Shown piece by piece: positions 7,644 to 14,970 of a stretch of DNA of 32,000 nucleotides. The notes under the pieces were generated by a model that was given only the letters and a program-made list of their open reading frames with translations, was not told where the DNA came from and did not search any database. Both the position numbers and the translations under genes were made by a program. The DNA lies in NCBI RefSeq assembly GCF_000023965.1, contig NC_013202.1:1770001-1802000 (forward strand), in the 5' to 3' direction. Position 1 is the first letter of the stretch; every line of letters begins with the position of its first letter. Origin of the DNA: Halomicrobium mukohataei DSM 12286 (GTDB taxonomy: Archaea > Halobacteriota > Halobacteria > Halobacteriales > Haloarculaceae).

Positions 7644-8872
7644 TGTGAGAGTGTTTGATCGACGAGTTCTGAGACGATGCGGTCACGGTCGAGGTGCGAG
7701 GAGACGATCCGCTCGGCGTCGTCCTCGCCGACGCCGCCGTACCAGACGCCGTCGGGGTAGACGGCGACCATCGGCCCCTCGCCACAGCGACCGAGACACG
7801 AGGAGCGGGTCACGCGGGCGTCACAGGCCTCCGAGTCGCGTTCGGCCTGCCGGAGCCGCTCCAGGACGGCGGCCGAGCCGTCGGCCGCGCAGGTCTGGTT
7901 CGTACAGACGGCGACGTGTTTCTCCGGGGCGTCGTGTGCGTGGGGTTCGTCGTCGACGTTCTCGCGGTCGGCGTGGGTCTCCTGGTGGGTCAGCGCCCGG
8001 AGCATCGCCCGCGCGCCGCCCACGTCTTCCTCGTAGCCGTCCAGTTCGACCTTGTACTTGCAGGTGTCACAGGACATCTCGACGCTGTCGGTGCGGGCCT
8101 CCTGCCAGCGGTCGCCCAGCACGTCCAGCAGCCGCGAGTCCGTCCCGAGGGGGTCGCCGGCCGCGGCGTCGACGTAGGGGTACTCCTCGTCGAACGCGTC
8201 GGCGCGGTCTCGAATCCGCTGGGTGAGGACCCCGTCGCCGAGCATGTACGGGAGGACGACGACGCCGTCCGGTCGCCGCTTGGCGACCGTGTGCAGCGTG
8301 TCCTCCAGGAGCGGTTCGGTCACGCCGATGAAGCTCGTCTCGACGTGGTCGAACGCGCGCCCCTCGTACAGCAGGCGCGCCAGTTTGTGCGCGTCGCTGT
8401 TGGCGTCGGGGTCGCTAGAGCCCCGGGCACAGAGGACGACCGTCAGATCGTCCGCCGTGCGGTCGAGTCCGAGTTCCGCCTCGACCGCCGCCGCGCGGTC
8501 GTCCAGCAGATCCACGATCGCCGGGTGGACGCCGAGGTGTGCCCCGTTGTGGATCGTCAGATCGGGGTGAGCCGAGCGGGCCTGCTCGACCGCCAGCGGC
8601 ACGTCGTTCTTGACGTGGCTCGCGGCAAAGAGCGAGAGCTGGACGACGGTGACCCGCGAGACCGACGCCGCCAGTCCCGCGATGGCCGCCTCGATCGAGG
8701 GCTCGGCGAGTTCGAGAAAGCCCGCGTCGGTCGGCACGCCGAGGCGCTCCTCGACGGCCGCGGCCAGCTCCCGGACCTGTTCGTTCGACTTCTCGCGTCG
8801 AGAGCCGTGTCCGACTAGCAGGACGGCCTCGTCGTCGAGCGAGACCGGCGTCGCGGCGGCGTCGGCGGTCAT
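7640..8872 (-). CDS. cbiX: Sirohydrochlorin cobaltochelatase, long form (CbiX-L), fused to a C-terminal thioredoxin-like [2Fe-2S] ferredoxin domain
   Basis: Taken from the ATG at 8872 (MTADAAATPVSLDDEAVLLVGHGSRR...), which overlaps the upstream stop (ATGA). There are two CbiX half-domains (LLVGHGSR..., VVLCARGSSD...). An MSCDTCKY (MxCxxC) motif and a His-rich stretch (HQETHADRENVDDEPHAHDAPEKH) follow. The protein ends with VAVCTNQTCAADGS...SSCLGRCGEGPMVAVYPDGVWYG, which is ferredoxin-like. The 36 codons upstream in the listed ORF are Arg-rich and overlap the previous gene. Confidence 0.88.
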   Translation of the reverse strand: MTADAAATPVSLDDEAVLLVGHGSRREKSNEQVRELAAAVEERLGVPTDAGFLELAEPSIEAAIAGLAASVSRVTVVQLSLFAASHVKNDVPLAVEQARSAHPDLTIHNGAHLGVHPAIVDLLDDRAAAVEAELGLDRTADDLTVVLCARGSSDPDANSDAHKLARLLYEGRAFDHVETSFIGVTEPLLEDTLHTVAKRRPDGVVVLPYMLGDGVLTQRIRDRADAFDEEYPYVDAAAGDPLGTDSRLLDVLGDRWQEARTDSVEMSCDTCKYKVELDGYEEDVGGARAMLRALTHQETHADRENVDDEPHAHDAPEKHVAVCTNQTCAADGSAAVLERLRQAERDSEACDARVTRSSCLGRCGEGPMVAVYPDGVWYGGVGEDDAERIVSSHLDRDRIVSELVDQTLSQ

Positions 8873-9582
8873 TCTAACGCCCCCACGTCGTTCCCGGTCG
8901 CGCGTTCGACGCTGCGCCGGAGCTTCTGGCGGCGCTGGGCCGAGTAGAGCCCCGTCTCGTCGCTGCCGGCGTACACCCACTCGGCGAACGCCGCCACGTC
9001 GGCGTCGTCGGCGAGTCCGAACCAGTAGCCCCCCGAGGACGTCTCCGAGCGGTCGTCCGTCGGCAGCGTCGGCGCTGCCTCGGCGAGCAGCGACCGGATC
9101 GTCGCCAGCAGCCGCTCGTCGTCGTGGACGAACGAGACCCCGACCGACCCGGAGGACTCGCGGAAACAGACCGTCCCGCAGGCCTCCAGCAGGCCACGCA
9201 CCAGCGCCGCTCGCTCCTCGCTGAAGGCGTCGAAGCGGTAGCCACCGGGCTGGCCGTCCAGCGGGAGACCGAGGGCCGCGCTCGCTCGGTCCGCGGGCGG
9301 GCCGAACACCTGTAGCTCGTAGGCGTCCTCGTACCGGACGATCGAGGCGTCGTGGGCCGACTCGCGCTCGGCGACGCGGTGGTCGCGGTCGGTGCGGTCG
9401 GCACCCGCGACTGCCGCCAGCGCGTTCGCGGCCGTCTCGTCGCCCGCCCGGACGGTCACGCAGTCCGCGGTGAGATCGCCGTCTCCGGCGACCCGGCCCC
9501 AGAAGTACGCCGTTCCGGGCGTGACCGCCAGCAGGTCCTCGGCGGCTCTCGGCGTCGCCCTCGCGCTGTCGGCGTCACTCAT
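8869..9582 (-). CDS. Hypothetical 237-aa cobalamin-operon protein with two degenerate LAGLIDADG-like motifs
   Basis: Taken from the ATG at 9582 (MSDADSARATPRAAEDLLAV...), which overlaps the fdx stop by 8 nt. Motif 1 is AYFWGRVAGDGD (res 25-36). Motif 2 is AALVRGLLEACGTV (res ~125-138). They lie ~100 residues apart, as in double-motif LAGLIDADG folds. No enzyme family was recognised. Confidence 0.75.
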   Translation of the reverse strand: MSDADSARATPRAAEDLLAVTPGTAYFWGRVAGDGDLTADCVTVRAGDETAANALAAVAGADRTDRDHRVAERESAHDASIVRYEDAYELQVFGPPADRASAALGLPLDGQPGGYRFDAFSEERAALVRGLLEACGTVCFRESSGSVGVSFVHDDERLLATIRSLLAEAAPTLPTDDRSETSSGGYWFGLADDADVAAFAEWVYAGSDETGLYSAQRRQKLRRSVERATGNDVGALE

Positions 9583-9817
9583 CGCTCCCCTCCGACACCG
9601 AGATCGCGTCGACCGGACAGGCGGCCGCGGCCTGTCGAGCCGCCTCGATCCGGTCGTCGTCGAACGTCGCGACGACGGTCTCCTCGCCGTCCGTGTCGGT
9701 CGCGCCGATCGTCGCCAGCCCGTCGCTGGCCTCCACGAACCGATCGTCACGGACGAGACAGGCGAAGACCCCGTCGCAGGCCGCCCGGTCGAGTGCCACG
9801 CGGTACTCAGTAGTCAT
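9575..9817 (-). CDS. fdx: Small ferredoxin, single-cluster type (C-x5-C ... CP, three Cys)
   Basis: 80 aa: MTTEYRVALDRAACDGVFACLVRDDRFV...AAAACPVDAISV. The pattern resembles mono-cluster [3Fe-4S]/[4Fe-4S] ferredoxins. The start overlaps the cbiH stop by 11 nt. Confidence 0.72.
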   Translation of the reverse strand: MTTEYRVALDRAACDGVFACLVRDDRFVEASDGLATIGATDTDGEETVVATFDDDRIEAARQAAAACPVDAISVSEGSDE

Positions 9818-10769
9818 ACTTGGACTCGTACCCCCGCGGCGTCACCATCCGGTCGTCCCAGACGTAGGTGTCCTCGTTGCCCACGAGGATGGTCGTCGTC
9901 ATGTCGATCAGATCGGTCTCGCCGAGGTCTTCGAGCTCGCCCAGCGTGACGATCTCGACGCTTTCGTCCTCGCGGCCCGCGCCGTGGACGATCCCCACGG
10001 GCGTGTCCGGGTCGCGGTGGTCCAGCAGGATCTCACAGCACCGCTGGAAGTTCTCCCGTCGCTTGCGGCTCCAGGGGTTGTAGATGGCGATGGTGAAGCC
10101 CTCGTCGGCGACGGCGTGCAGGCGCGACTCGATGGTCTCCATGGGCGTCAGGTGGTCGGACAGCGAGACGCTGACGGTGTCGTTGACCAGCGGCGCGCCC
10201 AGCCGCGCGCCACAGGACTGGGCCGCGGGCACGCCGGGGACGACCTCGAAGTCGACGGCACTGGCCGTCCCGCCCTTCGATTCGAGGATCTCCAGTGCGA
10301 GTCCGGCGAGCGCGTAGACGTTGGGGTCGCCGCTGCCGATGATCGCCACGTCGTTGCCCGCCAGCGCGCGGTCGATAGCCTCCTCCGTCCGAGAGACCTC
10401 GCCACACATCGGCGTGTCGTACAGTTCCTCGGCCGACTCGGTGATCTCCGCTGGCAGCAGGTCGACGTAGGTCGTGTAGCCGACGATGTGCTCCGCGTCG
10501 AGCAGCGCGCCCCGCGCTCGCTGGGTCATCCCCTCGGGCTGGCCGGGACCGAGACCGACCGCTACGAGGCGGCCGGGGTCGGCGTCGAAGTCGTCGACGG
10601 TCGCGCCGACCTTCTCGTCGGTCGTCGAATCCGAGCCACCACAGCCGGAACCGGACGACGAACTGTCGCTGCCGGCTCCGCACGTGGCGGCGCTGTCGTC
10701 GTCGGTACTGCTCGCGCCACAGTTCGATTCGGTGTCGGTACTCGCGTCGGTGGTGTCGTCAGTGCTCAT
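9807..10769 (-). CDS. cbiH: Cobalt-factor III / precorrin-3B C17-methyltransferase (CbiH/CobJ family) with a ~65-aa D/S/T/G-rich, Cys-containing N-terminal extension
   Basis: The tetrapyrrole methylase core reads LVAVGLGPGQPEGMTQRA...IIGSGDPNVYALAG...VVPGVPAAQSCGARLGAPL...ILVGNEDTYVWDDRMVTPRGYESKY. There is no alternative ATG or GTG before the methylase core. The start lies 2 nt after the upstream stop. Confidence 0.87.
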   Translation of the reverse strand: MSTDDTTDASTDTESNCGASSTDDDSAATCGAGSDSSSSGSGCGGSDSTTDEKVGATVDDFDADPGRLVAVGLGPGQPEGMTQRARGALLDAEHIVGYTTYVDLLPAEITESAEELYDTPMCGEVSRTEEAIDRALAGNDVAIIGSGDPNVYALAGLALEILESKGGTASAVDFEVVPGVPAAQSCGARLGAPLVNDTVSVSLSDHLTPMETIESRLHAVADEGFTIAIYNPWSRKRRENFQRCCEILLDHRDPDTPVGIVHGAGREDESVEIVTLGELEDLGETDLIDMTTTILVGNEDTYVWDDRMVTPRGYESKYDY

Positions 10770-10771
10770 TG

Positions 10772-11704
10772 TTAGAAGTCGTCGACGTCACGCCCGCCGC
10801 GCGGGGTGACGAGGTGTTTGCCGTAGTCGTTCTCCCAGACCTCCGTCTCGTGGTTGCCCACGAGGATCGAGGTGCCCATGCCGCCGACCTCGTCGTCGTG
10901 GTCGGTCGCCGCGCCCAGCGTCGTGATCGTGTGGGTCTCGTCCTCCAGATTGCGACCGGCCTCGCCCCGGCCGGCGTCGTTGAAGATGCCCACCGGCACG
11001 TCGTCGGCCCGCTCCTCGCGGAGCACGTCGATGGCGCGCTCGTAGTCGCGCCAGCAGTTGTAGAGGACGACGACGAAGCCGCTGATCGCCGCGGCCCGGA
11101 GCTTCTCCTCGATCTCGTCCCAGCCGCGCCACTTGTCGGACAGCGAGATCGTACAGAAGTCGTTCGACAGCGGCGCGCCGAGGTTGGCCGCGCCGCCAAG
11201 CGCCGCCGTCACGCCGGGGACGACCTCGATGGGCACGTCGGTCGCTCCCTCGGCCTCGGCCATCGTGTACAGCAGGTCGCTCTTGCCGTAGACGTTCGGG
11301 TCGCCGCCCGAGACGTGGGCCACATCCTCTCCCGCTCGAACCCGCTCGAAGGCCTCTCTGGCGAGTTCGATCTGGCGGCCCATCGAGGAGCGCACCAGCT
11401 CCTGGCGGGTCCCGTTTGGCCGTTCGAGGACGGTCCCCGACTCGCTGTCGGCCCCTCCGTCCGCGGCCGCCTCGATCGCCGCGCTCTCGGGTGGCAGCGT
11501 GCCGTCCTTGCGGAGGAACTCCTGGTAGAGGTTGGAGGCGATGACGCAGTCCGCGGTGCGGATCACGTCTTTCGCCTCCTGTGTCATCGCGTGGGGGAGG
11601 CCGGGACCGATCCCGACGACGGAGAGCGTGCCGTGGTCTCGGGATTCGCTCGCGGGTCGTTTCTCGCCGCTCGCGTCCGAGTCGTCGGGCGACTCCGCTG
11701 CCAT
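10772..11704 (-). CDS. cbiH: Second CbiH/CobJ-family C17-methyltransferase paralogue
   Basis: LSVVGIGPGLPHAMTQEAKDV...HVSGGDPNVYGKSD...VVPGVTAALGGAANLGAPLSNDFCTISLSD...ILVGNHETEVWENDYGKHLVTPRGG. It has the same architecture as the downstream gene but is clearly divergent. Confidence 0.85.
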   Translation of the reverse strand: MAAESPDDSDASGEKRPASESRDHGTLSVVGIGPGLPHAMTQEAKDVIRTADCVIASNLYQEFLRKDGTLPPESAAIEAAADGGADSESGTVLERPNGTRQELVRSSMGRQIELAREAFERVRAGEDVAHVSGGDPNVYGKSDLLYTMAEAEGATDVPIEVVPGVTAALGGAANLGAPLSNDFCTISLSDKWRGWDEIEEKLRAAAISGFVVVLYNCWRDYERAIDVLREERADDVPVGIFNDAGRGEAGRNLEDETHTITTLGAATDHDDEVGGMGTSILVGNHETEVWENDYGKHLVTPRGGRDVDDF

Positions 11705-11705
11705 C

Positions 11706-12692
11706 CTACCGCCCCACCGCCACGGTGACGGCGTCGTCGAAGCGCTCCTTCTCGCGGGCGAGGTCGTGCTCGCGGCCGCCAGCGATGGCCGAGGCCTCCG
11801 CGATGCCCGGCCAGCCGATCAGCTCCTTCGACCGGGAGGGCGAGGGGCCCTCGAACGTTTCCAGGGTCTCTTTCTCGAAGAGGACGACGCCGGCCCCGAT
11901 CTCCTGGGCGGCCTCGTAGAGCCCGTCTTCGCCCTCCTTTCGGGTCCCCGTGGCGACGAAGTCCACGTCCGAGCGGTCGAGGTCCAGGTCGTCGAGCGCG
12001 GCGTCCCAGGCGTCGAGCACCTGCTGGGTGTCGACGCCGGAGACCGTCCCCGTCCCCAGCACCACGCCGTCGTCTTCGTTGCGCTTGAGCACGGTCACGT
12101 CGTCGCCCACGAGGACGGCCTTCGGGCCGTCGAGTCGCGCCACGGGAGCCAGTTCCTCGTTCAGCACCGCGAGGTTCGTCGCCACCGTCGAGTCGCCGTT
12201 GACGACGTGGGTGTCCAGCGCTTTCGCCTTGCTCTCGACGCCCTGCTTGCCCGCGGCCTCGCTCGCGGTCGTCATCGCCGGCACCGCGCCGAGGCGGGCG
12301 AGGTCGTTGGCGACCTGATTGGCACCGTGGTGGCCCCCGGTGATCGGGATGGCCCAGGTCAGGGCCTCGTCGATCACGACGATCGCGGGGTCGTCCCACT
12401 TGTCGTCGAGCAGCGGCGCGGTCTTTCGCATCGCGATGCCCGAGGCCATCAGGCCGACGAAGCAGTCGTACTCCCCCCAGTACTCCTCGAACACGTCGCC
12501 GTGGTACTCGACGATGTCGACGCTCTCGTAGTCGTCTCCGATCTCGGCCTCGATCTCGCGCGCCGTGTCGAGCTTGCGCTCGAAACTGATGATCGCGATC
12601 TCTTCGGCCACTTCCCCGTCCGAGTCGGGCGTCGAACAGTGGCCGCTCGATTCCTCGTTGCCTGTGTCGTTGTCGTCTGTTTCGGTACTCAT
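11706..12692 (-). CDS. cbiG: Cobalt-precorrin-5A hydrolase CbiG
   Basis: 328 aa: ...CFVGLMASGIAMRKTAPLLDDKWDDPAIVVIDE...IPITGGHHGAN...; C-terminal ...VATGTRKEGEDGLYEAAQEIG...GWPGIAEASAIAGG. This is typical of the CbiG N, middle and C domains. Confidence 0.87.
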   Translation of the reverse strand: MSTETDDNDTGNEESSGHCSTPDSDGEVAEEIAIISFERKLDTAREIEAEIGDDYESVDIVEYHGDVFEEYWGEYDCFVGLMASGIAMRKTAPLLDDKWDDPAIVVIDEALTWAIPITGGHHGANQVANDLARLGAVPAMTTASEAAGKQGVESKAKALDTHVVNGDSTVATNLAVLNEELAPVARLDGPKAVLVGDDVTVLKRNEDDGVVLGTGTVSGVDTQQVLDAWDAALDDLDLDRSDVDFVATGTRKEGEDGLYEAAQEIGAGVVLFEKETLETFEGPSPSRSKELIGWPGIAEASAIAGGREHDLAREKERFDDAVTVAVGR

Positions 12693-12695
12693 GTA

Positions 12696-13559
12696 TCAGT
12701 CGTCCGCCTCGCTCTCGCTTCCGTCACGATTCGCCCAGCCGTCGTACAGATACGAGCGTTCGTAGCCCGCCTTCCGGGCCGCGTCGCCGATCACCACCAG
12801 CGCCGAGGCGCGGTAGCCGGCGGCCTCGACGCGGTCGCCGATCGTCTCGATCGTTCCCTCGATCACGTCCTCGTCCGGCCAGGAGGCGTGATAGACGACG
12901 GCGACCGGCGTGTCCGGGTCGTGACCGTCGTCGAGCAGGCGGTCCATCGTCTCGGCGACGGCGTGGGTGCCGAGGTAGAGACAGGTCGTCACGTCGCCCA
13001 TCTCGACGAACTCGGAGATGTGGTCGTCCTCGGCGTCGAGGGTCTTGCCCTGCGGGCGGGTGAAGGCGACGTGGTTCGCCACGCCGTTCAGGGTCAGCTG
13101 GGTCCGCAGCGTCGCACTCGCCGCGAACGCCGAGGTCACGCCGGGGACGATGTAGGTCGGAACGCCCTCGTGTTCCAGCGCGTCCATCTGTTCCAGCGCC
13201 GCGCCGTAGATCGCCGGATCGCCGCTGTGGAGTCGCACCACGTCACGTCCGTCCTCGTAGGCGTCTCGCATCAGCGGCACCAGCTCTTCGAGGTCCTTGC
13301 CGATGCTCGAAACCTGTTCGGCGTCCGCACAGTAGGCGTCGAGCAGCTCGCTGTTGACCAGCGAGCCGGCGTGGACGACCAGATCCGCGTCCTCGACCAG
13401 TTCCCTGCCGGTGACCGTCAGCAGTCCCGGATCGCCGGGGCCGGCACCGACGAAGGGGATCCCGTCCTGTACGTCGCCAGCGGCGTGGGCCTGTATCCGT
13501 TCGTCGCGGTCCGCGCGGTCGTCTGTGGCCGCGTCGATCGCGTCCTGTGGGTCCGTCAT
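12696..13559 (-). CDS. cbiF: Cobalt-precorrin-4 C11-methyltransferase CbiF
   Basis: Taken from the ATG at 13559 (MTDPQDAIDA...). IPFVGAGPGDPGLLTVTGRELVEDADLVVHAGSLV...VVRLHSGDPAIYGA...IVPGVTSAFAASA...ALVVIG. The start overlaps the cbiL stop (ATGA). The first 264 codons of the listed 551-aa ORF are an Arg-rich read-through across cbiL in another frame. Confidence 0.92.
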   Translation of the reverse strand: MTDPQDAIDAATDDRADRDERIQAHAAGDVQDGIPFVGAGPGDPGLLTVTGRELVEDADLVVHAGSLVNSELLDAYCADAEQVSSIGKDLEELVPLMRDAYEDGRDVVRLHSGDPAIYGAALEQMDALEHEGVPTYIVPGVTSAFAASATLRTQLTLNGVANHVAFTRPQGKTLDAEDDHISEFVEMGDVTTCLYLGTHAVAETMDRLLDDGHDPDTPVAVVYHASWPDEDVIEGTIETIGDRVEAAGYRASALVVIGDAARKAGYERSYLYDGWANRDGSESEADD

Positions 13560-14326
13560 CGCTGTCCCCCCGCGGACGCGTCGGCGCTGGCATCGCCGTC
13601 GGTCGCCTCGACGGCCGTCCCGGCCTCTCCTCGCTCGTCTGCCGTCTCGAAGGTCGCCGTCGCCGGCTCGGCTTCGAGCCCTCGCTTCTCGGCGTAGGCC
13701 AGCGTGTAGTAGTCCCGTTCCGTGAGTTCCTCTGGGTCGTCGGTGACGACCGTCTCTCCCTGTTCCATGTAGAGCCGGCGGCCGTAGACGACCTCGTAGC
13801 CGGCGTCGACGAGCCGTTCGTGGGTCGCCGGCACGTCCGTCACCTTGAACAGCACCATTCGGTCTGGCCCGGTCGGGGCCGCCCCGCGGGCCGCCTCGTG
13901 GAGCGTGAGGCTCGCGCCGGCCGCCACTTCGACGCCAAGCGCCGTCGTGAACGCGCTGACGGCGCTGACGCCGGGGACCGTCTCGACGGTCACGCCGGGG
14001 TGAAACGCGTCCAGCGTCCGGCGCAGGTGGCCGAACGTCGAGTAGACGTTCGGGTCCCCGAGCGTCACGAACGCCGCCGTTCCGTCGCGGGCTCGCGGTG
14101 CGATCTCGGCGGCGGCCGCCTTCCAGGCCCGGCGGAGTTCGTCCTCGTCGCGGGTCATCGGGAAGTCGAGGTCTCCGATCCGTTCCTCGTCGACGTACGC
14201 CGTCGCGACCGACCGCGAGAGCCTGCCGGGCGTGTACACCACGTCGGCGGTTTCGAGGACCTCGCGCCCGCGCACGGTCACGAGGTCGGCGTCCCCGGGG
14301 CCGAGCCCGACGCCGTAGAGGGTCAC
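13556..14326 (-). CDS. cbiL: Cobalt-factor II (precorrin-2) C20-methyltransferase CbiL
   Basis: MTLYGVGLGPGDADLVTVRGREVLETADVVY...FVTLGDPNVYSTFGHL...VPGVSAVSAFTTALG. It has a GTG start that overlaps the cbiT stop (GTGA). Confidence 0.9.
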   Translation of the reverse strand: MTLYGVGLGPGDADLVTVRGREVLETADVVYTPGRLSRSVATAYVDEERIGDLDFPMTRDEDELRRAWKAAAAEIAPRARDGTAAFVTLGDPNVYSTFGHLRRTLDAFHPGVTVETVPGVSAVSAFTTALGVEVAAGASLTLHEAARGAAPTGPDRMVLFKVTDVPATHERLVDAGYEVVYGRRLYMEQGETVVTDDPEELTERDYYTLAYAEKRGLEAEPATATFETADERGEAGTAVEATDGDASADASAGGQR

Positions 14327-14883
14327 TGCTCTCCCTCCCGGTTCCCCGCACCGCCGACGAGCATGTACACCGGGTTCTCGGCGTCGAAGCTCGTCGCCCC
14401 GGCGAGTTCGTAGCCGTGGCTCACCTGGAACTGGACGACCTCGTCGAGGATCTCTCGCTCGCGGAACGCCTCGGTCGCGCTACCCGCCACTTCGAGCCGC
14501 GAGACGTTCATTACGATCCGATCGACCTCGGTCTCGACGGCGTGGTCGAGGATCGCCTCGTAGTTCCGACTCCCGCCCAGAAAGAGCGCGTCGGCGTCGT
14601 CGGGGAGTCCGTCGGGGGCCTCGGCCTCGCGGACGGTCACGTCGGCGGCCGCGTCGTTGGCCGCGAGGTTCTTGCGCGTCGTTGCAACCTTACTTGCCTT
14701 GCGCTCCAGTGCGGTGACCCGTCCGGCGCGGCGACTCGCCTGGATCGTCACGGCACCGGTACAGGAGCCGACTTCCGCGAAGTGGTCGTCCGGGCCGAGA
14801 GCGAGCTTGTCGAGCAGGACGGCCCTGACTTCCGGCTTCGTCGGGCCTGCCTTGGCGTCGTGAGGAAGCGATACGTGCGCCAT
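14323..14883 (-). CDS. cbiT: Cobalt-precorrin-6B C15-methyltransferase (decarboxylating) CbiT
   Basis: Taken from the ATG at 14883 (MAHVSLPHDAKAGPTKPEVRAVLLDKLALGPDDHFAEVGSCTGAVTIQ...). This is a class I SAM-MTase with the CbiT-type N-terminus. An alternative start at 14916 would remove the TATA spacing. Confidence 0.85.
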   Translation of the reverse strand: MAHVSLPHDAKAGPTKPEVRAVLLDKLALGPDDHFAEVGSCTGAVTIQASRRAGRVTALERKASKVATTRKNLAANDAAADVTVREAEAPDGLPDDADALFLGGSRNYEAILDHAVETEVDRIVMNVSRLEVAGSATEAFREREILDEVVQFQVSHGYELAGATSFDAENPVYMLVGGAGNREGEQ

Positions 14884-14907
14884 CGGCAAACACAAGGCTC
14901 GTTGCGC

Positions 14908-14916
14908 GTAAAACAA
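14908..14916 (-). promoter_or_regulatory. TATA-like element for the cbi operon
   Basis: The minus strand reads TTGTTTTAC, 25-33 nt upstream of the cbiT ATG. It lies in the only AT-rich segment between the response-regulator stop (14971) and cbiT. Confidence 0.4.
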
Positions 14917-14932
14917 TTTTGGTTGTTTTACT

Positions 14933-14951
14933 CCAAGGAGTTTTTCCTTGG
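14933..14951 (-). terminator. Short hairpin (CCAAGG-7 nt-CCTTGG) downstream of the response regulator gene
   Basis: ccaaggagtttttccttgg was read directly. It lies 20 nt after the stop at 14971, and T-rich sequence follows on the minus strand. It could act as a terminator or as a regulatory site. Confidence 0.3.
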
Positions 14952-14970
14952 TTCGCTTCCCGCGGCGGCC

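Noticed and set aside
11532-13697. 721-aa plus-strand ORF
   Set aside because: It is antisense to cbiG and cbiF, has a low-complexity V/R/G/D composition and no recognisable domain.
13560-14351. N-terminal 264 codons of the listed 551-aa ORF (12696..14351, minus)
   Set aside because: This Arg-rich out-of-frame read-through overlaps cbiL. The genuine CbiF sequence starts at the ATG at 13559, which forms an ATGA junction with the cbiL stop.
14884-14970. Possible cobalamin riboswitch upstream of the cbi operon, and at 2274-2307
   Set aside because: The regions are only 87 and 34 bp, far too short for a B12 riboswitch. The TATA spacing indicates leaderless transcripts, and I saw no B12-box-like sequence.
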